A DNA stretch of 64,000 nt from Azolla caroliniana (GCA_043228905.1 JBHGNT010000009.1:14818001-14882000), one strand, 5' to 3'; counted from the stretch's first letter, positions 1 to 12,260 are shown. The notes: generated by a model from the letters alone, not told the origin. Numbers and translations: made by a program.

Positions 1-100
1 ACCATGGCCAAAAATCCTCAAGACACCGGTCCGAATCCTTCCTTCAACTTGTCCGGATCCCATCCGGAGAGACCGAATTCCCAACAAACTCCCCCTTCAC

Positions 101-3019
101 TTCGGCATGGGATTTCTCATTAGTCCAATCTGTCTCCGGCACGTATCTAGTTTGTCAGCTGACAAAACCTTGGTCAGCATATCCGACCCATTCTCCTCCA
201 TGTGGAACTTCGTCAGCACGAAGTCTTGATCTTCTACCTTCTCTCGGAGCCAGTGATATCTTCTCTAGATGTGTTTCATCTGGGAATGGTAGGCCGCATT
301 CTTTGCAAGGTGGATGACACTTTGACTGTCGTAGTGGATAACAATCGGCAAGGATTCGGTTTGAACCGAACTAAACCGCGAAACCGCGGCTTAACGGCTT
401 AATGGTTTCAATGGTTCGGTTCGGTTTTATTTTTTATTTTAAAAATATAAAAAAAATTTAAAATTTTTTTTAAACAATCTTTTCATTTTTCAGACCTTAT
501 TCTCACATTTTAGGAACATCTTTAAAAAAATTTAAAATGAAATATTATAAATTTTAAAAAAGTAAAAATTAAAAATTAAAAGTTTGACCTATGCTGAAAA
601 CCAAAACCAAACCATGAAATCATGGTTTTTACAGTTTAATGGTTTAATGGTTCAGTTTAACGGTTTCGTAGTTTGGTTCGGTTTGGACCCTCTCGAACCG
701 AATCAAACCGAACCGTTGTCGATTGTTAGTAATGGAGCCGGAATTCCTCCTGCCAGATTCCCAACTCTCCAATAAAGTCCTTGATCGAGATTAGTTCCTT
801 TCCGGCTTCCACGGCTGCCATGTACCGCGTCTATTGTCGACAATGCAACGGACTTCTGCAGCCTCGACTACCATGCAATGGCTCCCCCTACATAAGTCAT
901 GACATATCCAGATGTAGACCGGATGGTATCCACATCATCCGACATATCCGAATCTGTAAATACGTCCAGTAGGGGTTTACTGGAGCCGAATCGGAGGCAC
1001 ATACTCGGGGTGCCTTTCAAATACCAGAGTATCCACTTGACCGTGGTCTAGTGCTCTTGGCCCGGATTGCTCATGAACCGACTGACTACTCCAACAACAT
1101 ATGCAATATCCAACCGGGTGCACACCATTGCATACATTAAACTTCCGATGAAAGAGGCATATGGTATCTTCATCATATCCAACTTCTCCGCCTTTGTCTT
1201 CGGGCTTTGCTTTCCGAACAACTTGCAATTTGCCGAAAGTGTCGATCCGACTGGTTTCACATCCGACATGTTGAACCGTTTAAGAACCTTTGTCACATAC
1301 TTCTCCTGTGACAGCCATAGCAATTTCTTCGACCAGTCCCGGATTATGTGCATCCCCAGTATCTGTCTCACCGGACCCAAATCTTTTAGTGAGAAGGTCC
1401 GGTTCAAAGCCTTCTTCAGATTTCCGATTTTGGTTTGGTCCAATCCAACGATCAACATGTCATCTACATACAATAGGAGTATCAAGAAGGCACCTCTGTC
1501 AAATTTCTTCACGAACACGCAATGGTCGGCTTGCGTCTTGTGGTACCCTTGGTCGATCATGAAGGAGTCGAACTTCAGGTACCATTGTTGGGAGCTTGCT
1601 TCAGTCCGTATAAGCTCTTCTTCAGCTAGCATACCATGTGCTCCTTCCCTTTCTTCACAAACCCTTCTGGTTGCTGCATGTAGATTTCTTCTTCGAGGTC
1701 ACCATGGAGGAACGTCATCTTGACGTCTAGTTGCTCTACCTCAAGGTCCATGCTTGCTGCTATGCTCAACACCGTCTGGATGGATGTCATCTTTATAACC
1801 GGGGCAAAGATTTCATCGAAATCCACACTTTTCTTCTGTTGGAACCCCTTCACCACGATTCGTTCTTTGTACCTTGGTGGATTTCCGGCATCTCCCGTTT
1901 TCAGCTTGTACATCCACTTATTCCGAAGTGATCTCTTTCCTTTCGGTAGCTCCATCAATTCATATGTGTGGTTCCCATGCAGGGAATCCATCTCGTTCTA
2001 CAATGCACTTAACCACTTGCGGTTATTGGTGTCTTTCCTTGCTTCTTCGAAGATTTCTGGCTCCCCCTCGTTCGTCAACAACACTTGCTTTGCATCTGGA
2101 AATCTCCGGGAGGCTCTTCTCGCTCTAAGAGGGTATCTTTGTCCTTAATTTCCGACTACCGGTTCCTCCGTTTGCTCCTCATCCGAATCTGATTCAGGAT
2201 CTTGTCCGATTTCGGTGTCTTCTTCTTCTTCTTCGATCGGTTCAGTTTCTTGTCCGAATCTGGTCGGTTCATCGAGTGTCAACTGGTTACCGGCTAACAT
2301 CTAGTTCCCAACTGGGTAAGTCCTTGTATCCTCAAACCGGTTTTCATTGGATGATCCAGAGTCCATCATCTTCTTCTCCGACTCCTAGTCGGTAATGGTC
2401 TTGTCTTCCATAAAGACTATGTCACGGCTCCAGAACACCTTCTTGTCAAACAAGTCCCACACACGGTAGCCGAACTCATCATCGCCATATCCAAGGAATA
2501 TGCATGGCCTGGACTTCGGACCCAGCTTTTCTCTCTTGTCCTTCGCGACATGCACGTAAGCGAGAAACCCAAACACCTTCAGATGCCAGTCGGACACATC
2601 CTTAACGGTCCATACTCTCTGCGGTGTGTCTCCATCCAAGGGTGTTGAGGGTGATCTGTTCATCACGTAGATTGCCGTCATCAGCGCCTCAACCCAAAAC
2701 ATCTTGGGTAGCTTTGCATGTGCTAGCATGCTCCGGACTCTCTCCATCACGGTTCGGTTCATCCATTCGGCCAACCCATTTAGTTCTGGCGTCTTCGGCA
2801 CGGTAAATTCGAGTCGGATTACCTTCGACCAACAGTACTCCTCGAACTGCCCCCGGTATTCTCCTCCGTTATCTGCTCAAACCTCCTTTAGATTTCGACC
2901 GATTTCCCTTTCCACTCTCGCGTGGAGCTCCTTGAAGACAGACAACACCTAATCCTTCGTCTTCAACGTTGAGACCCACAACTTCTGGCTGTGGTCATCG
3001 ATGAACGTTACAAAGTACT
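101..3019 (-). pseudogene. Copia pol remnant of element A (integrase, RT, RNase H) with frameshifts and stops
   Basis: ORFs 2385-2801 (TPELNGLAE, CIFLGYGDDEFGYRVWD), 1626-1991 (QLDVKMTFLHGDLEEEIYMQQPEGF), 1048-1632 (LLYVDDML). Confidence 0.93.
339..728. mobile_element. Non-autonomous hAT-type MITE (390 bp) inserted in RNase H of element A
   Basis: 13-bp TIR TAACAATCG(G/A)CAA; 8-bp TSD GTAGTGGA (331-338)/GTAATGGA (729-736); AT-rich core with subterminal AACCG/CGGTT motifs; removal restores ...EFRLHYDSQSVIHLAKN. Confidence 0.88.
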
Positions 3020-3023
3020 GCGA

Positions 3024-3264
3024 TGTCGCGTTACTACGCGAGTGCGTGGAGAAACGAGGCGGGACCACCGGGGTCTTGAACCGAAGAGCAAGTGATAGAA
3101 GGGGAAAAAGAGAGAGAGAGACGCCTGTCACGTATGAGCAAAGAAACACAGGGGCACGGCCCGTCAACACAGAAGACGCGAATGGACACAGAGACAGGGA
3201 GACACAAGTTTTTGTAGATTAACGAATAACAAATACACAACAGAGCACGCGAGCTATTACAACC
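3024..3264 (-). repeat. Truncated 3' LTR of element B
   Basis: Matches 17148-17388 with about 4 substitutions by eye, then diverges abruptly after GCTATTACAACC. Confidence 0.92.
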
Positions 3265-3404
3265 CTACATAAAAAATAAATAAAAATATATAAAACAATC
3301 ATGCAAAAGCGAGGAATGAATGGATGAAAGAGCGAGGAGCGAAAAGGTACGTAGTGGGCATTTAAAGCGCCACCATAGGACATAATGCTATTTTAGTACA
3401 CGAC

Positions 3405-6400
3405 ATGCACACACTCGAAAAAGGCGCCAGAATGCACAGACAAAAACCACTGCGCGTAGAGACCCTTTACTTTCGCGAACCCAGGAGCACAGAAGCACCA
3501 AGACGCTGCAAGATCATCAGACGAGAACCTGCGCACAGAGAACCCCCGCCTTCTGAACTCTCTCTCTCTCAACCTCACTCTCATCACCATCCAACCTCGC
3601 CATCGCAATCCGACCTCGACATAGAAATGGACCCGCAAACGCTGTCGGAAGACGCCAAGACATGGCTAAAGCAACACGGGCTCGAGGGCTTCTTGATGAT
3701 GATGGAAGTACCGCCACACAAAGAAGCCGACAAAGTGATCAAAGAAATCGACACAGAGGTCATAACGGCAGAGGCGATTCGAGCGTTACCAAGCCTTTCG
3801 GAGGGAGGCATACTCACGATCGACAATCCAACCCCGAAGCAACTCATCAGGTATTTTGGTGAGTATTCTCTAGCCAGCAAGGGCTACCGGACACAGGGCG
3901 GCGGAGACATGCTGTTCCGCGAGATTGCTCGTGTGCTCCACGAGTACGGCCACGTGTACCCTAGACCCCCTGTCATGCCGCAGAACCGGGCAGGGATGAT
4001 CATTGCCACCTATGAAGGGATCAAGGTGGATTGGCCGGTATTGATCGCAGACGGGTTGTGTGTGGCCATCGAGATCGTCAGAGGCAAAGACGACAAAGAA
4101 GGCCGAGACGGACGGAGGATATGGCACGCCATAACGCAGTGGCTCACCTTGCTTGTGCCACCTGTCCAGCCCGTCCAGCCCAAGAAGCGAGGAAGAGTGG
4201 CGGACGGCACCCCAAAGACGGCTTCCAAACGACAACAGTTGTTGGCCTCTAAGGCCACTAAGGGAAAGGCAGCGGATGCAGAACATGCGGCAGCAGGAAG
4301 CGGCAGCCGGAAGCGCCCAACGGAGGCGCAGGAGGAACCACCGGCACGGCCCATAAAGGTTACACTCCACCGACTGGTGAATAGAGAAGCGGACCCCTTG
4401 GTGGCAAAACTCAATGTCGGGGCTCAGGAAGAGGAAATAGAGGAGGAGCCTACGGAGCACCTCTAGCGACGATTGTCGGCAAGGACCGTTGAGGCAGCCG
4501 GGAAACGTTCGGAACCTCAGACGGAGGGAACACCGGCTCCCCATACTGAGACTCCCACGCCAAGGAAGGAACCGGAACCGGTGCGCATGGCACCGGAAAC
4601 AGAAGCCCTGACACCACCGGCAACACCGACAAGTCCCATCCCGCCAAAGCCGGAAAGGTCAATGCAGCCTCCCTCGTTCAGCCAAGAAGAAGCGCAAGGG
4701 GAACCAGGACATCACGGTGGTCCACGGGCAGAAACGGAACTGCAACTCGGCACAACTAGGCGGGACCACCCCTCTACAAGTGAGCCCATCTGTCAAATCT
4801 CCGTGCAAGCACAACAAGGCACCGGTAGCCTGTGGCTCTGGTGGATAGGCGAACAGATAGTCGGAGCAGTGGGGTATATTGAGGTGGAAGAAAGAGCGCA
4901 AAGCGAACGGTTGCTCGTCACAACCGAACAACTAGAGACGACCCGGTCCAGAATCCGGTGCCTTGAAAAAGACTTGGATCAGGTCACGACAGAGATGGCC
5001 AAAATGGCCTTAACGGCAACACAGATCCAATCACCGGTGACTCTGGTAAGTGTACAGAATAAAGAAACGGAACGACCTGTACCTAGCAATAAGACCCCGG
5101 CAACAGAAACCGTTCCGGCGAGAGATGTGGCGCAAGCCCAGGAGCTTGCGGAATTGAGAGATGAACTTGCCGCACAAGAAGCGCTAAGGAGCCGTGAACG
5201 AGAATTGAAGACAGCGGCCGAAGCCGAATTAAAGAAGACTGTTGAGAGCCTCCGCCGCGCAGAGGAGAGCCTCCGGAAAGGCCATCAAGCGTACGACCGG
5301 CTAAAGGAGGAGAAAGACAAAGTGCTGCAGGAAAAGGACAAGCTGCGGAAAATGGCGGAAACAAAGATTGAACGGCTAAAGGAAGAGCTCCGCCAGCAGA
5401 AGGACCGTGAGGACCGGGCCTGTCGCCAGATCAACGCACGGCTCAAGCAAAAGACAGATGATTTTGAGCACCTGCACCGAGACTACAAATGGCTGGAAAC
5501 GGAGCATAAAGAACGGATGGCCGAGCTCCAGCAGGCAGTTGATCGGGCTGTGATAGCGATCGCCGACGAATGTGCGGAAAATACAAGACGCTTGGACGAG
5601 GCAGAGAAGGTCCGGATGGAGCTCCAGAGGCAGCAACAGGAAGACAAAGAGAGAGCGTCAACAATATTGTAGAAATTACAAAGCACATATCAAAGGCAAT
5701 TGACGCATTACAAGGCGCAGGCGGAGGACAACGTCAAAATCATCAAACAACTGAAGGAGGAACGACAAGCGGCGGAAACCAAATCGCAATTGGGAACGAG
5801 CCGGATTCAGTCCATCCTCCGGGCATGGCTGAATCAAACAAAACACTTGATTGATGAAAGCTCCGTAAAATGGTGGACAAAGTGGGCACAAAACGTGGCG
5901 AAACTCCAGTTGCTACGGGCAGATGTGGCAAACCGACAGAAGGAAGGAGATGATTGTTATACGTTGACTTCCGAGGACTTCACGGCCATATGGGACGAGC
6001 TGGCCGACAACTTCCAAGTCCTGGCAGATGAACAGCTGGCGCAGGTCAGGCAGCTCGTAGCTCAGCTAGACGATGATAGGCTGGACGCTCAAATCCAGTT
6101 TGAAAGCTACGAGCGGTCCCGGGTTCGGGAAGAAAAAGCACGGGAAGCGGCAACGGTTAACCTTAATGATGAGGAACCGTCGCCGGCTGAGGGCCAGCCG
6201 GGAACTAGTCAACCGGAGACCACTACGACGTAGGGAGCAACGACGGAGACGCCGGTGTCAGAGCAACAAACGGAGGAGCAGCCGCAGTAGCCACCAACGG
6301 ACCCGCCGCAACAGACATCAACAGAGCAGCAACAACAACAACAACAACAACCACTTCCAGATGAACCATTGGAGCCTCTCGAACAAAGCATTCTGGACAT

Positions 6401-6416
6401 TTTGGACGAAGAATAG
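3405..6416 (+). pseudogene. ~1000-codon accessory (env-position) ORF of element D: N-terminal globular domain, Pro/Glu-rich linker, long coiled coil, acidic tail; four in-frame TAG stops
   Basis: ORFs 3405-4466, 4473-5672 and 5700-6233 are in one frame ending at TAG 6414-6416; homologous blocks in 24357-27040. Confidence 0.8.
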
Positions 6417-6424
6417 CAAGGGTC

Positions 6425-6468
6425 GGTTGTGGATTCGACATACAAGGTACTGTCCCACGGGCGTGCCA
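6425..6468 (+). promoter_or_regulatory. tRNA-Arg 3'-end mimic (antisense PBS) at the PPT position of element D
   Basis: GGTTGTGGATTCGA-catacaaggtact-GTCCCACGGGCGTGCCA ends 2 nt before the LTR; its reverse complement begins TGGCACGCCCG, identical to the PBS of element E. Confidence 0.75.
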
Positions 6469-7417
6469 TGTGTTACCGGCCGACAAAGGAGTCCAGAGTG
6501 GGAAACGGAGAGTTATTTAAGTAGTAGGAATGTGGTTGTAATTAAGCTATGAGTGTGGACGGACGGACCGGAAACGGTATGCCGTTCCGGATCCGGACCG
6601 ATCCCGAATAGGTGCAGATGGCACCGTTTTGTAATACAGACCGGAAACCTATTTAAAGGCCCGGATACAATGTAATCAATAGCGGTTAATTAATGAAAGC
6701 TTAAGCGTTGTTATCTCTCTGTGTTAATTGCCGTTCTGTCTTAATTGTTAGATCTTACCCGTGTGTTATGAAAGACGATCATAATAAGTAACTTAATTAA
6801 GTAGGATTAAGCGTTGAGGCAGATCCGGTTGCCGTAACACCCTTTGGGGAAGTGTCTTCCGTAGACACCCTGTGTTAGGCCATTGTCCGTCCCTAAGAGT
6901 TAACAACCCTCCGGCCATCCACTTCAAATGGATGGTTGATTTGGTGACGATGCCGATGGGCGTAGGGCAGATGCTGTCAGGAACTCTATTAAGGCAGAGA
7001 AGGAATTAGTACTAAAAGAAGGATTAGTACTATTGTTGGGGAATAGTACTAAGACAGAGAAGGACTAGTACTATGAGAGGTGTCGAACTTTGAGAGAAGG
7101 AATGAGTGAGTGAGAGAGAGAGAGAGAGAGAATGATGATGCGAAAGATATATGTATTATATGACGGAAGATATACAACAGTAGTTAGAAGGCTTAAGACT
7201 GGCGTTGAACCGATTTGGTTCGAACTAATGCCTTGCGCCTCCTTTTATAGTGTCTTCAGGAATACTCCTGAAGTTTCTAGAATGTTCCAGAGAAATCTGG
7301 AATATACATCAATTTCCTAATAAAACCTAAATGAAAATAATATCCTTCAAATTACAACTCATAACCTAATGGTAAAGTCTCGACCCGTGTAACAAAAGGT
7401 TATGGGTTCGAGTCTAG

Positions 7418-10400
7418 TTATGACACTATCCCCCCTTTAAAACGACGAGTTTCACGAGTCGTTTTGGATTGAGGACCCGGTTTCTCGGGATATCGTCGAT
7501 GGAAGTCTTCTAGAAGAGCACGAGCATTGGTCACATTCTCGATCGGTTCCCAAGTACGCTCGCTGGGACTATATCCTAGCCAATCGACTAGATAGTAGAG
7601 CTTGTTGCGAACAATCTTGGAATCGAGGATGGCAGCGACCTCATACTCAGGTCCATCTTCGAGCTCGATAGGAGGTGGAGGTTGTATAGTACGTCCTGGG
7701 ATAGTGCTCTCGTGATAGGGTTCGAGGAGAGAACTATGAAACACCGGGTGTATCCGAAGTTGCGGAGGTAGCTCGAGACGAAAAGCGACATCATTAATCT
7801 TCCCGATAATACGGAAAGGACCTAATCGTCGATAATCCAACTTCTCACATGGGCGAGTAGTCTTGATGTGTCGTCGTAGCAGCCACACCCGATCTCCAAT
7901 GTTAAAACTGGATGGAAGTCGATGACGATCTGCGTAGTCCTTGTGTGATTGTTGAGCTTGCTGGAGTTGAGTAGATAAATCCGCTTGTATCTTGCGTAAC
8001 CGCTCCAAACGATCCTCCGCGTAAGGATTTGTGGACACTTCTGGGGTTTCAAGGACACACCACCGGGGATGATATCCCGTATAAGCGTAGAATGGCGTGA
8101 CTTTAGTCGATGCGTGGATAGCGTTATTATAGGCAAATTCGGCGAACGGAAGAATATCTGCCCAGTCATTCTGATGATAGTTGAGAAAGCACCGCAGATA
8201 TTGCTCCAGTGTTTGATTTGTTCGTTCGGCTTGACCGTCGGTTTGTGGGTGGTAGCCGGAGGAGAGGTTACAAGTGACCTTCAGCATTTTAAAAAGGTGC
8301 TTCCAGAATTTTGACACAAACTGGGGTCCACGATCGCTGATGATATTATCAGGGAGTCCATGATGCCGACATACTTCCCGCATGACAATTTCGGCGGTGT
8401 CTTCACTAGATATTTCTTTAGTACATGGTAAGAAATGAGCCATCTTCGTATATCGATCCACCACTGTGAGAATCGCACTGAATCCCTTAGAGACTGGAAG
8501 ATCTGTAATGAAGTCAAGAGCAATGGATTGCCATGGCTTGCTTGGAATTGGTAATGGTTCTAATAAACCATATGGATGATGTCTTGGCATTTTCGCTCTG
8601 CAGCATGTATCGCAAGTCCGAACAAAATCTTCGACAAATTGTCGCATACGGGGCCACCAGAATGATCGTTGTACTAAATCTAATGTTTTAGTACTACCAA
8701 AATGTCCTGCTGTATATGTGTCATGGCAATTTTGTACTACTCGAAGGCGGCAAGAACCATTAGGAACATACAAAAGTTCTTTAAAGAAGAGTAATCCATC
8801 ACAGTATTTGAATTGCCGATAATCCGTACCTGGTGATTGTGATTGTGAACATGACGCTCGAGAGGGGTCAATTTGTGCTAGTATAGCTTGGGCGAAAGCG
8901 TCAGTCTTCAAGTCCTCACGTATAGTATTGGTAATGTCGGAATCCACGGGCATGTCAAAGATCTGTGCTGCTTGCAGTCGTGCTGGACCCAAGATTACTT
9001 GCTTCTGGTTATCGAAAGCTGGCTCACCGGGACGTGGTGTTAGATACGAACGCCGTGATAATGCATCTGCCTTCCCTTGGTGCTTCCCCGGACGATATGT
9101 AATTTTGAAGTCGAAGCGTGTGAGGAAATGGGCCCACCGAGCTTGACGTCGATTCAGTACACGAGCATCTTGAAAGTAGGCAAGGTTCTTGTGGTCACTG
9201 AATACAGTGACCTGATGAGGAGATCCCTCCAGGAAATGCCTCCATTGCATAAAAGAATCAACTATTGCTAATAGCTCTTTATCATGAATTTCGTAGTTGA
9301 TTTCGGCGGCGTCAAACTTACGGGAGTGGAAAGCCACAGGATGTAGCTTCTCGTCGTTACCCTGTTGTGACAGAATGCTCCCCAATGCGAAATCCGATGC
9401 ATCAGCTTCGATAATGAATGGTTTTTCCGGATCCACATGACCTAAAATTGGAGCTGATGTAAACGCCTTCTTAAGACTCTCGAAAGCCATGTCCGTCTCT
9501 TTAGACCAAATGAATGATTGTCCCTTCCTGGTGAGCTGTGTGAGAGGCAGCACAATTTTTGAGTAATTTTGTATGAACTTCCGGTAGAAATTTGCAAAGC
9601 CTAGGAAGCATTGCACATCCCGCACCGAACGCGGAGTGTGCCATTCTATCACCGTTTTGACCTTGGCTGGGTCCATAGATATGCCTTCTGAGGAGATGAC
9701 ATAGCCGAGAAACTCCACTTGGTTGCACCCGAAACTACATTTCTCTAACTTTGCATACAGACCATGTTCTCGAAGTCGTTTTAGTACTAATAGTACATGA
9801 GAATCATGTTCTTCTTGGGTCTTTGAATAAACCAGTAGATCATCCAAATAGATGATCAAAAAATCATCCAAGAGGTCTCGAAATATATCATTCGCCATGT
9901 GCTGGAAGACTGCCGGCGCATTAGTGAGTCCGAACGGCATGACCGTATACTCGAAGTGCCCATATCTGGTGCGAAACGCGGTCTTCCATTCATCTCCTGG
10001 TCGGATCCGTACGAGGTTATAGGCTCCTCGTAAGTCGATCTTCGTGAAGAACCTGGCACCGTTGATCCGTTCTAAAAGACTTGAGATAAGGGGAAGAGCA
10101 TACCTATTTCTTACTGTGACCTTATTCAAGCCACGGTAATCTACAACGAGTCGAAGCGAGCCATCTTTTTTCTTGACGAAGAAAATGGGTGCGCCGGCTG
10201 GAGATTTCGAATGCCGAATGAAACCGTTCTCCAAATTCTCCTCTATATAGGCTCGAAGGACTTCTAGCTCGGTTGGTGACAAATTGTAGATCGGCCCCCA
10301 TGGCGGCTCTTTTCCCGGTTGTAAGTCGATGGCGCAGTCGTACGGCCGATGATGAGGAAGTGTGTTGGCTTGTACTTTATCGAACACATCAGCATACTGA

Positions 10401-11010
10401 CGATACTTCTCGGGAAGTTGAACGGTGGACTCCTCTTTGGTGGTGCTGGAGGGTTGTACTGATATTGCAAAGAGAAACATTTCCTCCTTGCGCCCTTCCT
10501 CACGCAACTGACGTAGCGAAATGGTTGCAACCTTCTGGGTAGATCCTTGGGTTTGTCGCAACCGGATTTCCCTTGTCCTCCAATCTATGTCTGGGTCATG
10601 TAACTCGAACCATGGTAATCCTAAAACTATGGGATGTTCTGGAATACTAATAATATTAAATGATACTACACATGTTAAGTTATCTAGGACAATATTAACG
10701 GGTTCCGACTCTTCTATGATATTACCAGAAGCAATGGGACGACCATCAATGACTACTACTGAGGCTGGACATGGGAGCTTTCTTAGAGATATCTGATGAG
10801 CTCGGGCAAAATTCCTATCCATGAAGCAAGAATTAGCTCCGGAATCTAGAAGGGCTAAGGTATGTACTGGAGGGGTACTTTTAGTACTAACTGCTACTTG
10901 GACTACGAACACATCACTAACTTGCTTAGAGGGAATGGAACCACTAATGGGCTGCACAGATCTAGGGCTGTCCAACCAAACGGCTCCTATTTTGGCTGGA
11001 CTTAGTCGTT
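7418..11010 (-). CDS. Pol of element C (protease, RT, RNase H, integrase, chromodomain); open frame, -1 relative to gag
   Basis: ALLDSGA protease; IIYLDDLL RT; ADASDFALG RNase H; HHCC and D,D35E integrase; LGPF; chromodomain EYEVAAILDS...YYLVDWLGYSPSERTWEP. Confidence 0.95.
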
Positions 11011-12171
11011 TAACTCTTCTTCTAATTGGCTAAGGACATCAAATTTGTTTGCGAGATTCGGACTATTAGTACTATTAGGACTATTATGACTATGAGGATT
11101 ATCAGAGATTCCTACTGACATAGACTCGGGTTTAGTATAGTCAGAACTAACAATGACTTGGTTTACCTGCCTTCTTGGTCTATGGGGACAGTTTATCGCG
11201 ATATGCCCTGGTCCACCGCAATAAAGGCATAATCGGTTTGTTCGGCGTCGTTGCTTTTCCTCCTCCGATAGCGGCCCACGACGACGTGTAGTGTCAATTT
11301 CCATTGGAGTTGGAGTACTTACTGGAGGCGCATTATGTGACTCCCTTTGAAAAGGTTTCGCTACCATTGAGGCATAGGTAGGCTCGGATCTTGCCCTCGG
11401 CATCTGAAATTGTCGTTCCGAACGTCGCTCGAAGAGGCGGTTGTCACATCTGACCGCTCGACTGATTGCTTCTGTTAATGATTTTGGCTCTTCAGGGAAA
11501 GTCAAGAGTAAATCCTTGACATCGTTGCGTAGACCATAGCGGAACTGCTCCATCAATGCTTGATCATCCTAGGGGATATCGGCGGCGAGTAGGCGGAAAT
11601 CTGCAGCATATGCGGAGGCTGGACGGTCACCTTGGCGTAATCGCCGGATTTTGTTGATTGCAGTCCTTATGCTGTCAGTATCTCCAAAACATGCTTTAAA
11701 CTCACTTATGAATTCTTCAAAATTATTTAGTACTGGAGATTCCTTTTCTAGTAGCGGTGCGAACCATGCTAATGCTGAGCCAGTTAACAACGTGCCTACT
11801 AAACCCACTCGTGATGCATCGGTGGGATATCGGGACGGATGCATTTGAATAACTAACCGTACCTGGTTAAGAAAGCCTCTAAACTGCGATCGCGTTCCAT
11901 CGAACTTCGTGGGAAGGCCAATCTTGGGTTCTTTATGAATCCCTTGTGCTCCGTGCCCTTGTTGTTGCATTGCTACGATGGTTGCTTCGAGTTGTTGCAC
12001 GCGTAACGCAAGTTCCCCATGCTGTTGTTGCGTTTGCTGCTTTTCTAAGGAAATTTGCTGAAGATCCCCCAACAAGCGTTGATTTTCTTGTTCCAAAGCA
12101 TGAAACTTCTCTTTCAAGCATTGAAATTCCGAGAAAACGGATTGATACTCTTCAGCGCTAACGGTGGCCAT
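11002..12171 (-). pseudogene. Gag of element C with one premature TAG (11569-11571)
   Basis: ORFs 11569-12171 and 11002-11556 in one frame; KFDGTRSQFRGF capsid motif; CLYCGGPGHIAINC zinc knuckle; stop replaces the expected Trp in DIP*DDQAL. Confidence 0.9.
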
Positions 12172-12248
12172 GGGATGAAGGAAAAGGGAAATAAGAGACT
12201 AGTAGGAAAGGAGAGAGACAGAAGGAAGAGGGAGACTAGTAGGAGGGA

Positions 12249-12260
12249 AAATCGGTTCAA
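12249..12260 (-). promoter_or_regulatory. Self-priming PBS of element C
   Basis: TTGAACCGATTT (minus) 2 nt after the 5' LTR is complementary to AAATCGGTTCAA inside the LTR (12528-12517), ~33 nt downstream of TATAAAA (12561-12555); no TGG tRNA PBS. Confidence 0.8.

Larger units (their letters stand above)
3267..6905 (+). mobile_element. Element D: 3' half of an Athila-like gypsy element (accessory ORF plus 3' LTR 6471-6905)
   Basis: LTR TGTTA...TAACA; same layout and protein homology as the 3' half of element E; followed by ACCCT from B integrase codons (Y-P-P-A-I-H-F-K-W). Confidence 0.82.

Noticed and set aside
1067-1723. 218-aa plus-strand ORF
   Set aside because: Antisense shadow of copia RT.
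3262-3266. ACCCT on both sides of D (3262-3266 and 6906-6910) as a true TSD
   Set aside because: The left copy overlaps B's LTR sequence and is not next to a D LTR; this junction is better explained as an inversion breakpoint.
11569-11571. TAG in gag of C as programmed read-through
   Set aside because: It sits mid-capsid where Trp is expected and lacks a CARYYA read-through context; a point mutation is simpler.
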